Shown piece by piece: positions 59,224 to 64,000 of a stretch of 64,000 bases of DNA. The notes under the pieces are model-generated. The model searched no databases and was not told where the DNA came from. It saw only the letters and a list, made by a program, of their open reading frames with translations. Position numbers and translations under genes: made by a program. The stretch spans positions 127,777 to 191,776 of the forward strand of contig JAKUTY010000001.1 of the NCBI GenBank assembly GCA_022447825.1. Reading direction: 5' to 3'. How positions within the stretch are numbered: position 1 is the stretch's first letter; every line of letters begins with the position of its first letter. The stretch comes from SAR202 cluster bacterium (GTDB lineage Bacteria > Chloroflexota > Dehalococcoidia > Lucifugimonadales > UBA826).

Positions 59224-59978
59224 TCACAATATTTATTAATCCAATCCCAAAGCATACGAAATCTACATTTTTGATTATGATCACTTTGATCAATTACAGG
59301 TCTTATTGTACGGGTATAAGAACCAATTACCTGTAAATCAGATCTTTTCTCATCCCAGTTCCAGTTTAGACCCTCTGATGTTAAAAAAACTTGTTCACAA
59401 ATTTCTCTTGTCACTGGGACTGCTTTATTAAATCTTTTAGACCAAGAAGAACCGCCAAACAACCAGAATTTATCCCATAAATTTTGGTCTGACATTGCAC
59501 GTCTAACATGTGCATTGATTGCAAACCTATCCATCAATAAAGAATCTAAAGAAGAATCAACTGATTTGATAATCTGATCAATATGCAAATACCCTATAAA
59601 ATAAAACCCAAATTCGTTTTGAAACTTGTTATTTCTCCAAGACTGTAATCTTGATAAAAACAACAAAAAATCACCTCTTTGAACAGTTTTTAAAGAGCTA
59701 GCCCGAGGATTCACTTCACAATTATCTCCGTAAGTAAAAGTATCGAATTCAGGATCACTGTGCATTGTTTTACCCCAAAATCTTTCAGGAATAAATTCCA
59801 TTAGATCATTTTCAGGAAAATTAAAAGATTTTAACTGTTTATACTGAATTCCAAATAATGGATCTAATTCCCTGTCTTCAGGGATAGGGATAAATTCAAA
59901 TGTTCTATCATCAAAAATAGGGCTACAAAAACTATGGCTAGCATTTGATCCGACATTAACTACAAATACTCTACTCAT
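59220..59978 (-). CDS. Conserved-looking hypothetical protein (252 aa), translationally coupled to queG
   Basis: Its ATG overlaps the queG TGA (ATGA at 59975-59978). Motifs: VFVVNVGSNASH, SPIFDDRTFEFIPIPE, HSDPEF, TYGDN, RGDFLLFLSRL. No family can be confidently named without a search. Confidence 0.7.
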   Translation of the reverse strand: MSRVFVVNVGSNASHSFCSPIFDDRTFEFIPIPEDRELDPLFGIQYKQLKSFNFPENDLMEFIPERFWGKTMHSDPEFDTFTYGDNCEVNPRASSLKTVQRGDFLLFLSRLQSWRNNKFQNEFGFYFIGYLHIDQIIKSVDSSLDSLLMDRFAINAHVRRAMSDQNLWDKFWLFGGSSWSKRFNKAVPVTREICEQVFLTSEGLNWNWDEKRSDLQVIGSYTRTIRPVIDQSDHNQKCRFRMLWDWINKYCD

Positions 59979-61120
59979 ACACTCACATTTTGGTTGTCAT
60001 CACAAAAACCAATAGCCAAATTTACTTCTTGTAAAACATCTTCATCATTTTCATTTTCTAAAGCTTGCTTTAAACAATTAATAGCTTCAACTCCTCCAAT
60101 TTGTCCAAGAGCCCAAGCTGCATGTGATTTAAGCAAATTATTTTCATTAAGTAATATTTCTTTCAAAGGCTGAACAGCATCAGGATTTTTATTATTACCC
60201 AGAGCAACACAAGCATTTCTTTTCAATCCAATTAATTTTGTACGCTTAACAGGACTGTTTTTATACCTTTTACTAAATTCAGCTTGATCCATTTCTAATA
60301 TTTGAATTAAATCTGGTGTTGAAAATCCTGGCCTCTGTCTAAATTCAATAGAACTTCCTTTTTGAGCTTTTCTATTTACTGGACAAACATCCTGACAAAT
60401 ATCACACCCAAAAACCCAATCACCCATTAATGGCCTTAGATCAACAGGAATATTTCCTCTTAATTCTATAGTTAAATAGCTAATACATTTTTTATTATCA
60501 ATTTCATATGAATCATTTATAGCACCAGTAGGACAGGCATCGATACAACGAACACAACTTCCACAAGTTTTATTTAAAGGAGAATCATTAACTAAATCAA
60601 CATCCAAAATCACCTGAGACAAAAAAAACCAAGACCCGTATTTCGCATTCAAAATATTGGTATTTTTACCTACCCAACCAAGCCCAGACCTTCTAGCTGC
60701 TGCACGGTCATTCATAGGACCATCGTCAACAAAAGTTCTAGTATTAACTTCTGTATTTAATATATCGGGTAGTTTTTCACATAAAATTTTCAATCTTTTT
60801 TTGATGACATTATGGTAATCATCACCCCAGCTATATCTAGCCATTTTACCTTTCAATGAATTTGTGGGATCAGGCTCATCACCAAGATAACTAGTCAGAA
60901 GTGAAATAATCGATTTGGCACCTGGTAAAAGAATTTCGGGATGATTCATTTTTTTTACTCTTTCTTCTGTATACCAAGATAATCCATCCATTTTTCCAGA
61001 ACGAATTCGTTCAAGAGCAGCTTTCTCGTCATCTAAAAATGGCTTGGCATCAGTGATAGCCACTTCATCAAAACCAATTGATTTAGCAAATTCTTTTATT
61101 TGATTTTCAATATCAGCCAT
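59975..61120 (-). CDS. queG: Epoxyqueuosine reductase (cobalamin/4Fe-4S)
   Basis: 381 aa. Two ferredoxin-type motifs (CGSCVRCIDACP, CDICQDVCP) and a C-terminal HEAT-like repeat region. Confidence 0.9.
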   Translation of the reverse strand: MADIENQIKEFAKSIGFDEVAITDAKPFLDDEKAALERIRSGKMDGLSWYTEERVKKMNHPEILLPGAKSIISLLTSYLGDEPDPTNSLKGKMARYSWGDDYHNVIKKRLKILCEKLPDILNTEVNTRTFVDDGPMNDRAAARRSGLGWVGKNTNILNAKYGSWFFLSQVILDVDLVNDSPLNKTCGSCVRCIDACPTGAINDSYEIDNKKCISYLTIELRGNIPVDLRPLMGDWVFGCDICQDVCPVNRKAQKGSSIEFRQRPGFSTPDLIQILEMDQAEFSKRYKNSPVKRTKLIGLKRNACVALGNNKNPDAVQPLKEILLNENNLLKSHAAWALGQIGGVEAINCLKQALENENDEDVLQEVNLAIGFCDDNQNVSV

Positions 61121-61164
61121 TATTTTTTAACCTTTAATCAATTTATATCTTGATTAAGTCAATG

Positions 61165-61193
61165 TTGACAGCACACTGAGGTAACAATAAGAT
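61165..61193 (+). promoter_or_regulatory. Candidate sigma70 promoter for the IMPDH-family gene
   Basis: TTGACA (61165-61170), a 17-nt spacer, then TAAGAT (61188-61193). Confidence 0.45.
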
Positions 61194-61238
61194 CAATTTT
61201 TGAATATCATTTTATTGTTCTTAATGGAGAAAAAACAA

Positions 61239-62372
61239 ATGGTCAAATTTCGAGAATTAAGAAGAACGTACGGATTTGATGAAGTAGCAATTTCTCCTGG
61301 TGTAATTACAGTCAACCCAGAAATGACCGACACAAGTTTTACGGTTGGTGAAATTTCAATAAACATTCCTATCATGGGCTCTGCTATGGATGCAGTTGCT
61401 AGTCCAAGTTTCGCTGGGGCAATGCATCAGCAAGGGGCACTAAGTGTAATGAATTTGGAAGGCGTCCACTCAAGATACGATAACCCTCAAGAAGCAATTG
61501 ACGAAATTGCTCAGACGCCTAAGGCTGAAGTTACTTCTGTAATGCAAAAAATTTACTCCTCTCCACTAAGAGAAGATTTAATTGAAAAAAGAATTAAAGA
61601 AATTAAAGCTACCGGTTCTGTTTGTGCAGTCTCTGTTACACCTGCAGCGACTAAAAAATTGTCTCCACTAGCAGTTGAAGCTGGTGCAGATATCTTAGTT
61701 GTTCAATCTACCGTGACTACTGCAAGGCACTCATCTAACAGTGTCCAAGGTCTTCAATTTCCAGAATTACTAAAAATGGTTGATGTACCAATATTGGTTG
61801 GTAACTGTGTAGGGTATGAAGTGGCCATGGAAATCATGGAAACAGGGGTACACGGTGTACTCGTAGGCGTAGGACCTGGAGCTGCATGCACAACTCGTGA
61901 GGTAACAGGAGTTGGAATCCCTCAAGTTACAGCTACTATGGACTGTGCCCAAGCAAGGGATGATTATCAAAATAAAACAGGTCGTTATGTTCCAATTATT
62001 ACCGATGGTGGAATTAGAACGGGTGGCGAATTATGCAAAGCTATCGCATCCGGAGCTGATGCTGTAATGATTGGTACACGATTAGCTCAATCTACTGAAG
62101 CACCCGGAAAAGGAGTCAACTGGGGAATGGCTAGTCCTCATCCTGCATTACCGAGAGTAACTAGAGTTGATGTCGGAACAAAAGGGTCTCTAGAACAATT
62201 ATTTTATGGGCCTTCATCAGTATCAGATGGGACTCAAAACCTTATTGGAGCTTTAAAAGCATGTATGGGAATGGTTGGAGCTTTAAACATTCAGGAAATG
62301 CATGAAGCTGAAGTAATTGTAGCCCCATCAATTAAAACTGAAGGAAAACATTATCAATTGGGGTTATCTTAA
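61239..62372 (+). CDS. IMP dehydrogenase-family protein lacking the CBS/Bateman insert (GuaB3-like)
   Basis: 377 aa from ATG 61239 (GGAGA SD 8 nt upstream; the ORF-track TTG at 61200 is likely too long). TIM-barrel IMPDH-like motifs GVGPGAACTTREVTGVGIPQ and DGGIRTGGELCKAIASGADAVM. Confidence 0.8.
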   Translation: MVKFRELRRTYGFDEVAISPGVITVNPEMTDTSFTVGEISINIPIMGSAMDAVASPSFAGAMHQQGALSVMNLEGVHSRYDNPQEAIDEIAQTPKAEVTSVMQKIYSSPLREDLIEKRIKEIKATGSVCAVSVTPAATKKLSPLAVEAGADILVVQSTVTTARHSSNSVQGLQFPELLKMVDVPILVGNCVGYEVAMEIMETGVHGVLVGVGPGAACTTREVTGVGIPQVTATMDCAQARDDYQNKTGRYVPIITDGGIRTGGELCKAIASGADAVMIGTRLAQSTEAPGKGVNWGMASPHPALPRVTRVDVGTKGSLEQLFYGPSSVSDGTQNLIGALKACMGMVGALNIQEMHEAEVIVAPSIKTEGKHYQLGLS

Positions 62373-62376
62373 CTTT

Positions 62377-63216
62377 TTAAGTTAAATGTATAGATAAAAC
62401 TCTATTGTTCTGAGATAAGTCTTTAATTATTGCAGTTCTAGCATCCGGGAAATGTGTATCAGCAATTTTCAATACTTCTTCTGATTGAGATGGGTCTATT
62501 TCTATGAATATATGTCCATTATTATTTAACTTCTCTGAACAATTCCCAATTAATTTTCTAATATATTCAAGGCCATCACTACCACCATCTAAAGCTATAT
62601 GAGGTTCTTTTTTTACTTCGGGCTGTAAGTGTTCTATTTGATTACTAGGAATATAAGGTGGATTCGAAACTATTACATCTACCTTCTCATCTAATACATC
62701 TAATAAATTACCCTGTTTCAGATTAATCCTGCTAAACACGTCATTCATTTTTGTATTACTTTCAGCCACATGTAACGCATCAACACTAATATCTGTAGCA
62801 ATAATTTTCGCTAGTGGTAAATTCACCGCTAAAGCGATTGCTATAGCCCCACTGCCTGTTCCTACATCAACTATTTTTAAAGGGTTTTCTTTAGCTATTT
62901 TAATTACTTCATCAACCAATGTTTCTGTTTCCTGCCTAGGAATTAAAACAGCAGAGGTTATTTGAAAATCAAGTGAATAAAATTCTCTAGTTCCAGTGAT
63001 ATAAGAAAGGGGTTCGTTAGCAAGTCTTCTTTGAACTAATTCAGCAATATCATTTTCTTGTTTACTATCTAAAATATTTTCTAAGTTAGAAAACATAGTA
63101 GCTCTATCAATCTTCAACACATGTCTTAATAAAATTTCAGCCTCTAGGCGGGAATCTGGAGAACCACTTTTCATTAACAGTTCACCTGAAATATTTAAAT
63201 TATCCTTTATTTTCAT
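62377..63216 (-). CDS. prmC: Release factor glutamine N5-methyltransferase
   Basis: 279 aa with SAM motif [11 protein letters not shown] and the NPPY motif (SNPPYIP). Overlaps prfA by 4 nt. Confidence 0.9.
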   Translation of the reverse strand: MKIKDNLNISGELLMKSGSPDSRLEAEILLRHVLKIDRATMFSNLENILDSKQENDIAELVQRRLANEPLSYITGTREFYSLDFQITSAVLIPRQETETLVDEVIKIAKENPLKIVDVGTGSGAIAIALAVNLPLAKIIATDISVDALHVAESNTKMNDVFSRINLKQGNLLDVLDEKVDVIVSNPPYIPSNQIEHLQPEVKKEPHIALDGGSDGLEYIRKLIGNCSEKLNNNGHIFIEIDPSQSEEVLKIADTHFPDARTAIIKDLSQNNRVLSIHLT

Positions 63217-64000
63217 AAACCTGAATTTTCTAATTTATAGGCCTGTTCTTCTTGTACTAATGCCTCAATAAACTCCAGTAAATCGCCATCAAGCACTTGT
63301 TCTAGATTGTAGCTAGTCAAATTAATTCTATGATCCGTAATCCTGCCTTGAGGAAAGTTATAAGTTCTAACTCTTTCCGACCTATCTCCAGAACCGACCA
63401 TTGATCTTCTAGAATCTGTAATTTCTTGTTGTTGTTTTTCTATCTCTTGTGCCAATAATCGAGATCTAAGAACTGCCAAAGCTTTCTCTTTATTTTTATG
63501 CTGAGATCTTTCATCCTGACAAGTCGTCACCAAACCTGAAGGAATATGAGTAATTCGAATTGCAGTAGCAACTTTCTGAACATTTTGCCCACCATGACCA
63601 CTTGCATGATAAACATCTATCTGAAGATCCTCGGAAGCAAGCTCTACATCCACTTCCTCCGCTTCAGGCAAAACAGCAACTGTTGCAGCAGATGTATGAA
63701 TTCGGCCACTAGATTCAGTAGCAGGTACACGTTGAACCCGATGAACACCACTTTCATGTTTTAATTTGCTATAAGCTTGGTCACCATTTACTTGAAAAGT
63801 TACTTCTTTAATACCGCCAATCCCTGTTTGTTTAGTATCAATAACGTCTAATTTCCATTCGAGACGTTGGGCTAACCTCGAATACATTCGAAACAAATTA
63901 GACGCAAAAAGACCAGCTTCTTCACCGCCTGTCCCAGCTCGTATTTCAATAATTACATTCTTATCATCATTAGGATCAGAAGGAACGAGAGCTAGTTTCA
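63213..64000 (-). CDS. prfA: Peptide chain release factor 1; 5' end beyond the window
   Basis: GGQ motif ([11 protein letters not shown]) and the RF1-type PAT tripeptide (RVPATES). The frame stays open upstream of the ORF-track TTG to position 63998 (reads ...[23 protein letters not shown]). Confidence 0.92.
   Translation of the reverse strand, partial: KLALVPSDPNDDKNVIIEIRAGTGGEEAGLFASNLFRMYSRLAQRLEWKLDVIDTKQTGIGGIKEVTFQVNGDQAYSKLKHESGVHRVQRVPATESSGRIHTSAATVAVLPEAEEVDVELASEDLQIDVYHASGHGGQNVQKVATAIRITHIPSGLVTTCQDERSQHKNKEKALAVLRSRLLAQEIEKQQQEITDSRRSMVGSGDRSERVRTYNFPQGRITDHRINLTSYNLEQVLDGDLLEFIEALVQEEQAYKLENSGL

Noticed and set aside
59975-61120. Linking queG to the zinc regulon because it neighbours zur
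   Set aside because: queG and the coupled ORF are convergent with zur and have no Fur-type box that I could see. The adjacency is probably incidental.
61193-61375. 60-aa minus-strand ORF across the IMPDH-family gene start
   Set aside because: It is antisense to a well-supported gene and its promoter, with no motif.
1-64000. The remaining 60-90-aa ORFs in the track that overlap larger genes (for example 1451, 1967, 3161, 3581, 4328, 5351, 7698, 11914, 12649, 15942, 16573, 19771, 20960, 22660, 22743, 26307, 28561, 32642, 36292, 37650, 38327, 38603, 39344, 41141, 41707, 43251, 43919, 45240, 46440, 49762, 51058, 54368, 56353, 61770, 63546)
   Set aside because: All lie within or antisense to genes with clear family signatures. 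None has convincing start signals or recognisable motifs.
1-64000. Search for tRNA/rRNA genes, CRISPR arrays, IS elements, integrases and long repeats
   Set aside because: The intergenic gaps are short (mostly under 270 bp). None shows cloverleaf-like structure, spaced direct repeats, terminal inverted repeats or a transposase/integrase ORF.

Overview
64 kb of visibly AT-rich (about one-third G+C by eye, not computed), densely packed bacterial chromosome, mostly coded on the minus strand and almost entirely housekeeping. I found no rRNA, tRNA, CRISPR array, transposase/integrase or prophage signal.

Content from left to right:
- 1-5053: an Alternative-Complex-III/Qrc-like respiratory module. 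It comprises a small membrane ORF, a pentaheme cytochrome c, a Tat-signal molybdopterin-fold subunit lacking the N-terminal Cys cluster motif, an FeS subunit and an NrfD-like subunit cut by the window edge.
- 5157-11725: ribF, tyrS, a class V aminotransferase, ftsH, an atypical orphan OmpR-type regulator and lipB.
- 11715-18473: a complete Pho cluster, phoB-phoR-pstSCAB-phoU.
- 18539-22613: queA, ubiE/menG, nnr and a DtxR-family regulator.
- 22641-42559: an uninterrupted rpsL-rpsG-fusA / S10 / spc / alpha / truA-rplM-rpsI ribosomal block. It has no tuf, and includes rpmJ and rpmD, which the 60-aa ORF track missed.
- 42686-50102: rimM-KH-rpsP-rpsT directly behind rel, then hisS, an M24 peptidase and an MFS transporter.
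- 50137-53612: a TPP-riboswitch-controlled thiamine-pyrimidine salvage operon (ABC transporter plus thiD).
- 53653-59223: a zinc-uptake island, znuA / zur with a shared Fur-family box, plus znuCB.
- 59220-64000: an unknown protein coupled to queG, a CBS-less IMPDH-family gene, prmC and prfA (cut by the window end).

I see no convincing wholly new multi-gene system such as a defence island. The least explained content is in two places:
- The zinc island carries non-canonical passengers: a DsrE-like protein, an Hc1-like small basic protein, a Cys-less relative of a small zinc-ribbon family and an MFS gene overlapping znuB.
- A 252-aa uncharacterised protein is translationally coupled (ATGA overlap) to queG.

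All family assignments come from motif reading and memory; no database search was run. Phylum cannot be assigned from here. The gene order and content fit a Chloroflexota-like or FCB-like marine lineage, but that is only an impression.
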